Positions 9,575-17,817 of a DNA stretch of 24,000 bases are shown here, piece by piece. The notes under the pieces are model-generated. The model saw only the letters and a list, made by a program, of their open reading frames with translations, did no database searches and was not told the origin of the DNA. The DNA is taken from assembly GCF_038022665.1 (NCBI RefSeq), contig NZ_CP150629.1:826480-850479 (forward strand), given 5' to 3'. Numbering within the stretch: the first letter of the stretch is position 1; each line of letters begins with the position of its first letter. The DNA is from Methanolobus sp. WCC4. Its GTDB lineage: Archaea; Halobacteriota; Methanosarcinia; Methanosarcinales; Methanosarcinaceae. A program made the translations under genes and the position numbers.

Positions 9575-10426
9575 ATGTTTGAAGTAAAAATACAACACAT
9601 TGATGCTGAAAAGCGTGCAATTCCTGTTCTCAAAATACAGTTACACCTTAAAAATCCTGAGCTATACCCCATCGAGTTACTAGGCTATAAAATAAACCTA
9701 CGTTTTGCAGGAGTTGTTGTAGGAAGTACTTCTAGTTATAGCTCTATAAGAATTGATAATCATGGCTCTCATTACTTCAATGAGGATATTCAAATAACTC
9801 CTTATATTTTTGAAATCATAGATCAATCTAGAAAAAATGGTGATGTCCACATAAGTGGTTCTCTTAACTGCCTTTATTTAAATTTATCAATAGATAAAGC
9901 CAATCAGACTCCGCAGGTATTTGATAGGCAATTTGATTCTTATAAATTATCCCAACTTGATTGGATTAATTTAGCAACGAAAATGGGGTATACTCGATAC
10001 AAGATTTTTGAAATGATCTGGCCAGATATTCCTCAACTAGATGAGTTGAATAATATAATTAGAGGCCTAGATGAAGCTCAAACTCTGTTCTATGAAGGTA
10101 AAAATAATGAAGTGGTATCAAAGTGTAGATTAGTCTTGGAAGAGCTTATGCCAATTGTTACAGGAAAAAATTCCAGCAACAAGATTGAAATGAAAAAAGA
10201 AATGGCTGATATTGTTGACTATGGTTCATTCCATAAAGATGGTGAAAGTAGTAAAAGTGAAAAGATAGAAGATTTGAGACAAAAGATTTGGCGTTATCAT
10301 CATATTGGTCCACACTGCGGATACCCTGTTACAAGAGCAGATGCAGAACTTTCAATCATGCTATGTCTTTCTATGGTCAGGTATTATTCTGTTCAGATAA
10401 ACAAACTAAATGAAAGTACAGTGTAA
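9575..10426 (+). CDS. orphan hypothetical protein in a low-GC islet; possible N-terminal beta-sandwich plus C-terminal HEPN-like helical domain
   Basis: 283-aa ORF with SD 'aggag' at 9563-9567. Sampled 60-nt lines have ~25-37% GC, against ~45-57% in flanking genes (hand counts). The C-terminus 'LRQKIWRYHHIGPH...VTRADAELSIMLCLSMVRYY' fits an R-x6-H plus [DE]A-helix pattern seen in DUF4145/HEPN domains. This is a weak, pattern-level call only. Confidence 0.6.
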   Translation: MFEVKIQHIDAEKRAIPVLKIQLHLKNPELYPIELLGYKINLRFAGVVVGSTSSYSSIRIDNHGSHYFNEDIQITPYIFEIIDQSRKNGDVHISGSLNCLYLNLSIDKANQTPQVFDRQFDSYKLSQLDWINLATKMGYTRYKIFEMIWPDIPQLDELNNIIRGLDEAQTLFYEGKNNEVVSKCRLVLEELMPIVTGKNSSNKIEMKKEMADIVDYGSFHKDGESSKSEKIEDLRQKIWRYHHIGPHCGYPVTRADAELSIMLCLSMVRYYSVQINKLNESTV

Positions 10427-10599
10427 TCATATATATTTCGAGCCTATATGGTACTATAATAGTGAGGTTTAAGGACTTGTTTAAGCATTCAGACATTCCT
10501 TTTATTTCACTTTTCAAAATCAATTCGGTTTTTTCCGCTTTACCCTAATACTAATATACGATACTGGTGATTAGAACCTATAATCTACAGGTGATATAC

Positions 10600-11565
10600 T
10601 TGGTTTCCACTTCAGGCTCTAAAACACGAAATCCCTATCTGGAAATGTTAAGGCCGGAGATAGCGGATATGGACTTTGCCCTTCCTGCAGCGAGTGCTTT
10701 GCTGGCAGCCTATCTTGCTACAGGCTCTTTCCCTATGCTTATTCCTTTCATAATTGCAGTGATCGGCGGTTATGCGGCTATCACAAGTTCCTATGTGTAT
10801 AATGACTACTGTGATGTCGATATCGATGAGATAAATCTTCCCAACCGTCCACTGGTATCAAACAGACTCAAACGTTCTCAGGCTCTAAAGTATGCTCTTC
10901 TCCTTTTCATCATCGCCAGTGTGGCGGCATTGGTCCTGAATGTCGAGTCCTTTGTGGTGCTTCTCATAGCTGTGGGAACCATAAGTGTCTACTCAGCAGT
11001 GGCTAAAAGGGCCACGTTCCTGAGCTTTGTTCCGGTAGGTATCGCTTACGGTCTTGTTCCAATAGGCATCTGGCTTGCATTCGACTCAGCCGGGATCATA
11101 GGATATCCGGGGCTTTTCGGAACTGTCCCTTCCTATGGTGACATACTTCCTGTTCCTGCGATCTTCCTTGGCCTGATGATGTGTTTCACCGACTGGGGCT
11201 TTACACTCTCAGGTGTGGCAAGGGATGTTGAAGGTGACAGGGCAAGGGGTGCACCCACATTCCCTGTGACATTCGGTATTCCCGCAACAGCAAAGTTTGT
11301 GACCTTCATGTGGGTAGTAGGTGTTATCGCCTCTATTGCCATAGGTCTGACAGCGAAGATCGGTCCTGTCTATTTTGCAGGCGCATTGCTCGCAGGTGGC
11401 TGGATGCTCACACAATCATTTGATTTCATAAAGAACCCGACAGAGGGGCGCGGTGGAAGACTGTTCCTGCAGGGCTCCAGATACAGGGGCATAATGTTCG
11501 GTTCTCTCATACTTGACGTAATACTTTGCATACTCGTACCGGCATATTCCGGTATCCTGTGGTAA
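10600..11565 (+). CDS. UbiA-superfamily membrane prenyltransferase
   Basis: First Asp-rich motif 'YNDYCDVDIDEINLPNRPL' and second motif 'DVEGDRARGAPTFPVTFG'. About 8 hydrophobic segments. The ORF opens at GTG 10567. I prefer TTG 10600 because a strong SD 'aggtgat' (10589-10595) sits 4 nt upstream. ATG 10645 would remove the conserved 'YLEMLRP' N-terminal helix. Confidence 0.85.
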   Translation: MVSTSGSKTRNPYLEMLRPEIADMDFALPAASALLAAYLATGSFPMLIPFIIAVIGGYAAITSSYVYNDYCDVDIDEINLPNRPLVSNRLKRSQALKYALLLFIIASVAALVLNVESFVVLLIAVGTISVYSAVAKRATFLSFVPVGIAYGLVPIGIWLAFDSAGIIGYPGLFGTVPSYGDILPVPAIFLGLMMCFTDWGFTLSGVARDVEGDRARGAPTFPVTFGIPATAKFVTFMWVVGVIASIAIGLTAKIGPVYFAGALLAGGWMLTQSFDFIKNPTEGRGGRLFLQGSRYRGIMFGSLILDVILCILVPAYSGILW

Positions 11566-11579
11566 CTTTGAGGTTCAAC

Positions 11580-12737
11580 ATGGACGCAGATATCATTGTA
11601 ATAGGTGCTTCACCTGCAGGGGTGATGGCAGCAAGGAACGCATCAAGAAAAGGATGCAAGGTAATACTCCTCGATAAAAAGGAAGCTGCAGGTGTGCCAA
11701 CCCACCCTGCCAACACATTCTTCAAAGGTATGTTCGACCGTACAGGTGAGGAAGTGGACCAGAGCTATGTCATCAAGAATCTCAAGGGTGCCTACATCAT
11801 AGCACCGTCCGGCAAGAACGTCATCTTCGAGGGAGATGCCTACTTCCTTGACCGCAAGAAGTTCGACGAGTTCTACATCGAACAGGCAAAGGATGCCGGC
11901 GTGGATGTTCGCTTTGGTGTGGATGTTCTCAATGTTCTCAGGAAGGATTCCGGATTCATAGTGAGCACTTCAAAAGGCAAGGCAAAGTGTAAACTTGTCA
12001 TAGTCTCCGACGGTATCAATTCAAAGATAAGTGCACTTCTGGGCATGAAACCAATAAAGTATCCACAGGATATTGCCTGGTCACTGGAAGCTGAGATAGA
12101 AGCAGAGGGTATCGGTGAACCTGACCTGTTTGAGTACTATGTAGGTAATCATGCACCCGGCTGGAAATCCACATATTCACCATGCGGTGGTAACAGGGCA
12201 ACCCTTGGTATGTATGTCCGCAGACATGGCACGGATGTGTCCGACTTCTTCGATGCATGGCTTGAGAGGTTCAAGTCATTGAAAGGACTGGATGAGGTTA
12301 AGATCATCAGCAAGTCCGTTGGTGGCGACCCTATAGTTGCCATTCCCGGTGATATCGTGGCCGATGGTGTCATGATAGTGGGAGGTTCTGCAGCACAATC
12401 CGGTATAGGCTATGGTATGCATGCAGGACAGATGTGCGGTGACGTTGCAGCCGACGCGATAAAGAAAGGCGATACATCAAAGAGGTCCCTGTCAGAGTAC
12501 AGGAGACTCTGGAACGATGCCTACAGGACAGAGTACTACCTTGGAAGGTTCGCCATGGAGACCATGAGGAAGATGACCGATAAGGAGATCGACGGTCTGA
12601 TGGAGGTCTTCGAGGGTGAGGACCTTAAGGTACTTAGCGGAACTCCTTTCAATCAGGCATTGCAGGTATCGAAGATGATATTGAAGAACAATCCTTCTTC
12701 TATCCTCTCATATAGAGCTGTATTCAGATCAAAGTGA
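11580..12737 (+). CDS. geranylgeranyl-reductase-family FAD-dependent oxidoreductase
   Basis: FAD dinucleotide fold 'DIIVIGASPAGVMAARNASRKGCKVILLDKKE'. 'VIVSDGINSK' and 'MIVGGSAAQ' are typical of GGR/ChlP homologues. Start ATG 11580 has SD 'gaggt' (11570-11574). The upstream extension to 11526 would overlap the UbiA gene. Confidence 0.85.
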   Translation: MDADIIVIGASPAGVMAARNASRKGCKVILLDKKEAAGVPTHPANTFFKGMFDRTGEEVDQSYVIKNLKGAYIIAPSGKNVIFEGDAYFLDRKKFDEFYIEQAKDAGVDVRFGVDVLNVLRKDSGFIVSTSKGKAKCKLVIVSDGINSKISALLGMKPIKYPQDIAWSLEAEIEAEGIGEPDLFEYYVGNHAPGWKSTYSPCGGNRATLGMYVRRHGTDVSDFFDAWLERFKSLKGLDEVKIISKSVGGDPIVAIPGDIVADGVMIVGGSAAQSGIGYGMHAGQMCGDVAADAIKKGDTSKRSLSEYRRLWNDAYRTEYYLGRFAMETMRKMTDKEIDGLMEVFEGEDLKVLSGTPFNQALQVSKMILKNNPSSILSYRAVFRSK

Positions 12738-12740
12738 GCC

Positions 12741-13886
12741 ATGAATAAGAAATATTATTTTTATAAGAACCCCTTTTTCAAAGTATATGCCCAGATCGAG
12801 AATGACAGGGTGAAGATGAAGACCTCGGGTATAGCATCTTCGGTCATGGGTTCTTTAGTCTCGGATATGATGGAGATATTCGAGGATACAAAACCATCAA
12901 AGGTGGAAAATGATAAACTGATCTATTCCACATGGATGCCCCCGATCCCAAGCAAGGCCTTCGACCGTCTTGTGTCAAGCCAGATGCGTGCCATGAGGGG
13001 TAAGTTCGTTCCAGAACAGATCACCATCTCCATTACAGAGGAATGTCCCAACAGGTGTCTTCACTGTGCACTGCCGGACACGAAGAATAAGGCAAAACTG
13101 GACCCTGATGCCGTGAAAAGTGTCATCGACCAGACACAGGACATGGGGACCACGCTCATCATCTTCGATGGAGGTGAGCCTCTTCTCTACGATGGTCTTG
13201 AGGACCTGATATCCTATGTAGACCAGTCAAAGGCGATACCGGGTCTTTTCACATCCGGTGTGGGTATGACCCCTGAGCGTGCTCAAAGCCTTAAACGGGC
13301 AGGCCTTTCAATGCTCAGCATAAGTCTTGACAGTGCAAATGCAGAAGGTCACGACTATATGCGTGGTCGTCCCGGGGTTTTCAAAGAGGCTACCAACGCT
13401 ATAAAATACGGTATTGATGCAGGCCTCCTGGTTGGTATCTATGTTGTCCTTTCACCACGGAATGTCGATGAACTGGATGAGTTCTACGAGCTTGCAAAGG
13501 AGCTGGGTGTCCATGAGCTGTCTTTCTATGAGATCGTCCCTACAGGAAGATGGGAGGGTCATGAGAAAGAGGTCGTCTCACCTGAAGGTCTGAAGAAGTT
13601 CGATGATTTCGTGGAACGTACTTCCCATGCAGAAGGACCCAGGGTTTTCCCGATACCTCAGATAATCAGGAAGATGGGATGTTTTGCAGGGCGCAAATGG
13701 CTACATGTGACTCCTGAAGGTAATGTCCTCCCATGTGCGTGCATGCCGAAGCCATATGGCAACATCCATGATGAGAGACTGGCTGACATCTGGAAGAAGA
13801 TATACAAAGACCCTGTTTTCAACTCAGGTCCGTGTCTTATGAGGGATGCTGAGTTCAGAAAGGTCCACCTTGGACTTGAAAAGTAA
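12741..13886 (+). CDS. radical-SAM enzyme with C-terminal twitch/partial-SPASM auxiliary-cluster domain; substrate unknown
   Basis: Radical-SAM triad 'CPNRCLHC', 'IIFDGGEPLL', and C-terminal 'GCFAGRKWLHVTPEGNVLPCAC' (C-x12-G-x4-C-x-C) plus a later 'GPC'. The ~95-aa N-terminal extension has no motif I recognise. It starts 3 nt after the GGR stop. Confidence 0.85.
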   Translation: MNKKYYFYKNPFFKVYAQIENDRVKMKTSGIASSVMGSLVSDMMEIFEDTKPSKVENDKLIYSTWMPPIPSKAFDRLVSSQMRAMRGKFVPEQITISITEECPNRCLHCALPDTKNKAKLDPDAVKSVIDQTQDMGTTLIIFDGGEPLLYDGLEDLISYVDQSKAIPGLFTSGVGMTPERAQSLKRAGLSMLSISLDSANAEGHDYMRGRPGVFKEATNAIKYGIDAGLLVGIYVVLSPRNVDELDEFYELAKELGVHELSFYEIVPTGRWEGHEKEVVSPEGLKKFDDFVERTSHAEGPRVFPIPQIIRKMGCFAGRKWLHVTPEGNVLPCACMPKPYGNIHDERLADIWKKIYKDPVFNSGPCLMRDAEFRKVHLGLEK

Positions 13887-13909
13887 ATCTACTCTTTAAT
13901 GAGTTAGAA

Positions 13910-13960
13910 TTAATAAAAAAACAGTTGAATGAGGGTGAGAACACCCTCGGAATTTTGATT
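13910..13960. terminator. bidirectional terminator between convergent genes
   Basis: Hairpin GAGGGTG-agaa-CACCCTC (13931-13948). It is flanked by A7 on the left (T7 on the minus strand) and 'aattttgattattt' on the right. Confidence 0.5.
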
Positions 13961-14867
13961 ATTTCAGGACGCCTGATCTCTGGATAGCCATCAGGTTCTC
14001 CATCGTCAGCTTTTCTCCGGACTTGAACTTGTCCATGATGTCTTCCGCATCCTTGCGGGCATCTGCCTTTGCAGCTTCCTTCTTTCCATCGACATCTCCC
14101 TTCTTCATCTTGCGGAGTTCCTTGTCGATATCACGGATCTCTTTCTGTGCTGCAATGAAAAGCTTGTGCTGTTCATCAGCTTTTTCCTGGAATTGAACGA
14201 ATTCTTTATGAGCAGCATCTGATTCTGCACGTACCTTGTCAGCCTCTTTGAAGGTGGTGATCATCTTGTCATGATATTCCTGTGCCTTCTGTGCGTACTC
14301 TGAAAGTGTAGTGTGGAACTGTGAAGCTTCGTCCCTGATCTCCTGTGCTTCTGCCATCAGGTTCTTGAGCTCTTCATTGCCCTCGAGCTGCTGCTTCTTG
14401 ACAACATACTGCTTCTGGAGTTCAGTGATCTTGTTGACCAGCTCTCTTTCCTTGTTGGTTGTAAGGACTTCGGTCTGCTGTGAGAATTCCAACCTGTCGA
14501 TCTCTTTGCGTATATCCTTGATCGATGGACCACTAAGGTTGTTATCGTTGCGGATCTGGTCTATCTTGGCAAATACATCGTTCGCCTTGTTGTTGACCTC
14601 ATCACGGAGTGCCTTGTTCTCCTTAACCTTCTCGTTGTTCTCGTCACGGAGCACCTTGTATTCCTGTGCCTCGTTGATAAGGTCCTTGGTCTTCTTGTTC
14701 AGCTCATTGCGCTTTGATGCAAGTGTGCTTGCCTCTGCATTGAGTTCGTTACGTTTGGTCTTGTACTCTTCTGACTGTGTCTTGAGCTCAGTCTTCTTGT
14801 CGTTAAGTTCTTTGATCATTGCCTTTTTGTCCTCCCGGTCCAGCAAAAAAGCTGGCATTTCATGCAT
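13959..14867 (-). CDS. archaeal K/E-rich coiled-coil protein (COG1340-like), function unknown
   Basis: 302 aa of near-continuous heptad-like K/E/Q/L sequence, co-oriented 22 nt downstream of serB. An alternative start is ATG 14819 (MIKELNDKK...), preceded by SD 'gggagga'. Confidence 0.75.
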   Translation of the reverse strand: MHEMPAFLLDREDKKAMIKELNDKKTELKTQSEEYKTKRNELNAEASTLASKRNELNKKTKDLINEAQEYKVLRDENNEKVKENKALRDEVNNKANDVFAKIDQIRNDNNLSGPSIKDIRKEIDRLEFSQQTEVLTTNKERELVNKITELQKQYVVKKQQLEGNEELKNLMAEAQEIRDEASQFHTTLSEYAQKAQEYHDKMITTFKEADKVRAESDAAHKEFVQFQEKADEQHKLFIAAQKEIRDIDKELRKMKKGDVDGKKEAAKADARKDAEDIMDKFKSGEKLTMENLMAIQRSGVLK

Positions 14868-14889
14868 TTCTAATGCACGATACCTGGCA

Positions 14890-15558
14890 TTACTCCGATT
14901 CCAGTGACTGGATTACCGGAATAACTGCTTCAAGGTTCTTCTCTGTAATGACAATATTCGCAAATTCACGCAGGATCGGTTTGGAATTGAAGGCTATTGC
15001 GTACCTTGCCATCTTGAATATACATATGTCATTGGCACCATCGCCAACCACTATGCATTCATCAGGCTTTATCCCATACCTTTCAGCGATCCTTTCAAGA
15101 ACATGTTCCTTGGAACCCTGTTCTGTAAGAGGACCTTTGACCTCTCCTGTGAGATGTCCATTGTCTATGAGAAGTTCATTAGCGACTACATGATCCATTC
15201 CAAGGTTCTTACCAACGCGCTCTGCAGCTATGGTAAATCCTCCGGAGATCATTGCAGTCTTATAACCCCGGGATCTCAGGTGATCAACAAGCTCTTTCGC
15301 ACCGGGCATAAGTGGCATCTTGTCGAGGGCAACGTGCGCATCATCCAGTGAAAGTCCTTTAAGCAGCCTCACTCTTTCCACAAGTGCTTCGGAAAAATCA
15401 AGTTCCCCGTGCATTGCTCTTTCGGTGATAGCGGCAACTTCGTCTCCCACTCCTGCGGCGTGTGCCAGTTCGTCAATGGTCTCAGCATCAATAAGAGTGC
15501 TGTCCATATCAAAAACTATTAACTTGACCCTGTTAGGCTTATTGCTGGTGCGATTCAC
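14890..15558 (-). CDS. serB: phosphoserine phosphatase (HAD superfamily, SerB)
   Basis: HAD motif I 'LIVFDMDSTLI', 'ISGGF', 'GDGANDI'. GTG start. 222 aa. Confidence 0.88.
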   Translation of the reverse strand: MNRTSNKPNRVKLIVFDMDSTLIDAETIDELAHAAGVGDEVAAITERAMHGELDFSEALVERVRLLKGLSLDDAHVALDKMPLMPGAKELVDHLRSRGYKTAMISGGFTIAAERVGKNLGMDHVVANELLIDNGHLTGEVKGPLTEQGSKEHVLERIAERYGIKPDECIVVGDGANDICIFKMARYAIAFNSKPILREFANIVITEKNLEAVIPVIQSLESE

Positions 15559-15783
15559 TTCATCAAACCTGAAATTTGAATCCCGTATTGAAACAGTATT
15601 TAAGTGCCGAGATTGATGTGAAATACGTTACATTGCTTTTAAGGTTTTCGATAGAGGCAGATCAACAGAAAATCTATTTTCCGGATATCTTCAAAAGAAG
15701 GCAAAGAGTGTACTCATTTTATATATAATTACTATAATATAATACTCCCGATATATCCGTGTAATCAATAATGGGTGACAATT

Positions 15784-16584
15784 ATGGAAACCACCGAAAC
15801 ACAATCATGCAGCACCGGAGACTTTGATATTACGAAAGATGTACTTGATCAGCTACCATGCATGGTCATGGCGATAGACCGGGATTATAACGTATTGAAC
15901 CTCAATGCAGTAGGATGCAACTGGCTTGAAGAGGACCTTGAACACGTTAAAGGTAGAAAATGCTATGACCTTGTACAATCCCCTCACTGCAGAACCGATA
16001 ATTGTCGTGTGAAACAGGCAATGGAAAATGACCGTGTATTTGTCTGGAGGAATGAGATGACAGCGGCAGGACGTACGTTCCCTGTAGAATATACTGCATC
16101 TCCTTTGAAGGACAAGGCCGGTAACATTGTAGGCGGACTCGAATATGTCATCGATATAACAGAGAGAGTGAAGATCGAGGCAGAGGTCAGGGCACACAGC
16201 CGAACCATAATGGAACTCTCAACACCTGTCATCAAACTGTGGGATGGAATAGTGATCCTTCCGCTCGTTGGTGTAATTGACACCATGCGCGCCCAGCAGA
16301 TAATAGAGAACCTGTTATCTTCCATAGTCGAGAATGAGGCAGCTGTGGCAATACTCGATGTGACCGGTGTCCCTATGATAGATACCAGTGTTGCGCAGCA
16401 CATACTCAAGACCGTGAGCGCAGGGAAAATGCTAGGTGCAGAGGTTATCATCACCGGATTCAGTCCTAATGTCGCACAGACCCTTGTGACACTTGGTGTC
16501 AATCTGGGTGACATAAAGACCAGTGGTTCACTACGTGATGGTGTCTCAAAGGCATTTGACATTCTGGGCAAGAAACTTGTTTGA
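15784..16584 (+). CDS. rsbR: RsbR-like stressosome scaffold/sensor: N-terminal Cys-rich PAS domain plus C-terminal STAS domain
   Basis: PAS-like N-terminus ending 'GGLEYVIDITER'. The C-terminus 'STPVIKLWDGIVILPLVGVIDTMRAQQI...AILDVTGVPMIDTSVAQHILK...MLGAEVIITGFSPNVAQTLVTLG' is the RsbR-type STAS. The ORF opens at GTG 15775. ATG 15784 is preceded by 'gggtga'. Confidence 0.85.
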   Translation: METTETQSCSTGDFDITKDVLDQLPCMVMAIDRDYNVLNLNAVGCNWLEEDLEHVKGRKCYDLVQSPHCRTDNCRVKQAMENDRVFVWRNEMTAAGRTFPVEYTASPLKDKAGNIVGGLEYVIDITERVKIEAEVRAHSRTIMELSTPVIKLWDGIVILPLVGVIDTMRAQQIIENLLSSIVENEAAVAILDVTGVPMIDTSVAQHILKTVSAGKMLGAEVIITGFSPNVAQTLVTLGVNLGDIKTSGSLRDGVSKAFDILGKKLV

Positions 16585-16599
16585 TTCACAGGTGGTTCC

Positions 16600-16974
16600 A
16601 TGCAGATACCAATACTTAAACTGAAGAACATCCTCCTCACATCGATTCAAAGCGATATGACCGATGATGATGCCCTGAGGTATCAGTCGGATGTTGTTTC
16701 CTTTCTGGAAAAGAGCGATGCAAAAGGCCTGATAATAGATATCACTGCAATGGATATCGTTGATTCCTTCATGGCCCGTGTGATCAACGAGACCGCGAGA
16801 ATGGCACGCCTTATGGGTGCAAAGGTCGTTCTCTGTGGTATGCAGCCAATGGTTGCACTGACACTGGTGGAAATGGGACGTGAGCTTATAGGGGTAGAGA
16901 CTGCCCTGAATCTTGACAAGGGATTTGATAAGCTTCTGGAAATGATCGCTGAAGGAGTTGATGATCATAAGTGA
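16600..16974 (+). CDS. rsbS: RsbS-like single-STAS stressosome protein
   Basis: 124 aa. Collinear with B. subtilis RsbS as remembered: 'IPILKLKNILLTSIQ', the phospho-acceptor context 'DIVDSFMARV', and 'LMGAKVVLCGMQPMVALTLVEMG'. SD 'aggtgg' lies upstream. Confidence 0.88.
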   Translation: MQIPILKLKNILLTSIQSDMTDDDALRYQSDVVSFLEKSDAKGLIIDITAMDIVDSFMARVINETARMARLMGAKVVLCGMQPMVALTLVEMGRELIGVETALNLDKGFDKLLEMIAEGVDDHK

Positions 16975-17368
16975 GAAAAGTATAGAGCTTAAGATAGAGG
17001 ATGATATTCTCATAGCCAGGCAGGTTGCAAGGCAGGAGATGGCTGATATCGGCTTTGGTTCCGCAGATCAGACCCGTATGGCTACAGCTATCTCTGAACT
17101 GGCAAGGAATGTGATCAAATACGCAGGACATGGCGTATGTCATCTAACCACCGAGTCTACACCTTCTGAGATAGTGATCAAAGTGCAAATAGAGGATTAT
17201 GGTCCCGGTATAGAGGATATCGATAAGGCCATGGAAGATGGCTATACCACCGGTGGTGGCCTTGGTGCAGGTCTTCCCGGTGCAAAGCGGCTGGTCAATG
17301 ATTTCTCCATTGAATCAAGTCCCGGATTAACAAAAATAAACCTGGAAATGAGTCGTCCTAATGTCTGA
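16961..17368 (+). CDS. rsbT: RsbT-like serine/threonine kinase (HATPase_c_2, anti-sigma-regulatory-factor family)
   Basis: About 135 aa. 'ELARNVIKYA' (N-box), 'DYGPGI' (G1), 'TTGGGLGAGLPGAKRL' (G2). It overlaps the rsbS 3' end, with SD 'gaaggag' at 16951-16957. Confidence 0.82.
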   Translation: MIISEKSIELKIEDDILIARQVARQEMADIGFGSADQTRMATAISELARNVIKYAGHGVCHLTTESTPSEIVIKVQIEDYGPGIEDIDKAMEDGYTTGGGLGAGLPGAKRLVNDFSIESSPGLTKINLEMSRPNV

Positions 17369-17373
17369 TAAGA

Positions 17374-17817
17374 ATGTCTGATAACTGTGATAACACGTTC
17401 CCCGGAGATGATCAGGAGGTAACGATAGAGGTAAAGGACCGTCCTCATGTTGCAAACGTCCAGACGAGTGCAAGATGGGTGGCAAAGAAGCTTGGTTTCT
17501 CTCATATCGATGTATGCAGAGCAGCTTCATCGGCATCAGAACTTGCTTCGAACCTGATATTTCATGCCAGCTACGGGGGTTCCATAACCATCAGGGCTGT
17601 TATGAAAGATGGAGTTGTGGGTATAGAGATCGTTTCCTGCGATGAAGGCCCCGGTATAAAGGACGTGGAACTTGCCCTGCAGGATGGTTATTCCACCGGT
17701 CCGGGTCTCGGTTCAGGACTTCCCGCAGTTAATAGGGCTATGGACGAACTCGAAATCACAGTAACAGACGATTCACATACACTAATAATAACAAGGTTGT
17801 GGCATTCATGCGAGTAG
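17374..17817 (+). CDS. second RsbT/RsbW-like HATPase_c_2 kinase paralogue
   Basis: 147 aa with 'ELASNLIFHA', 'DEGPGI', 'STGPGLGSGLPAVNRA'. It follows the same motif order as the preceding gene. Confidence 0.78.
   Translation: MSDNCDNTFPGDDQEVTIEVKDRPHVANVQTSARWVAKKLGFSHIDVCRAASSASELASNLIFHASYGGSITIRAVMKDGVVGIEIVSCDEGPGIKDVELALQDGYSTGPGLGSGLPAVNRAMDELEITVTDDSHTLIITRLWHSCE

Noticed and set aside
14311-14907. 198-aa Ser/Leu-rich ORF on the + strand
   Set aside because: It is the antisense shadow of the K/E-rich coiled-coil gene: GAA/AAG/CTT codon periodicity keeps the opposite strand open. The composition is not protein-like.
15984-16640. 218-aa ORF antisense to the rsbR-like gene, and similar long antisense ORFs at 7426-7929, 7929-8372, 8320-8814 and 19847-20320
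   Set aside because: Each is fully overlapped by a sense-strand gene with strong family motifs. The antisense products have no motifs and show biased S/C/R composition.
17815-17817. TAG stop of the second kinase gene as a possible pyrrolysine (UAG) read-through, given the Methanosarcinales context
   Set aside because: Reading through adds only ~20 residues of unremarkable sequence before another TAG and overlaps the phosphatase gene. It shows no resemblance to methylamine methyltransferase contexts where Pyl is used.
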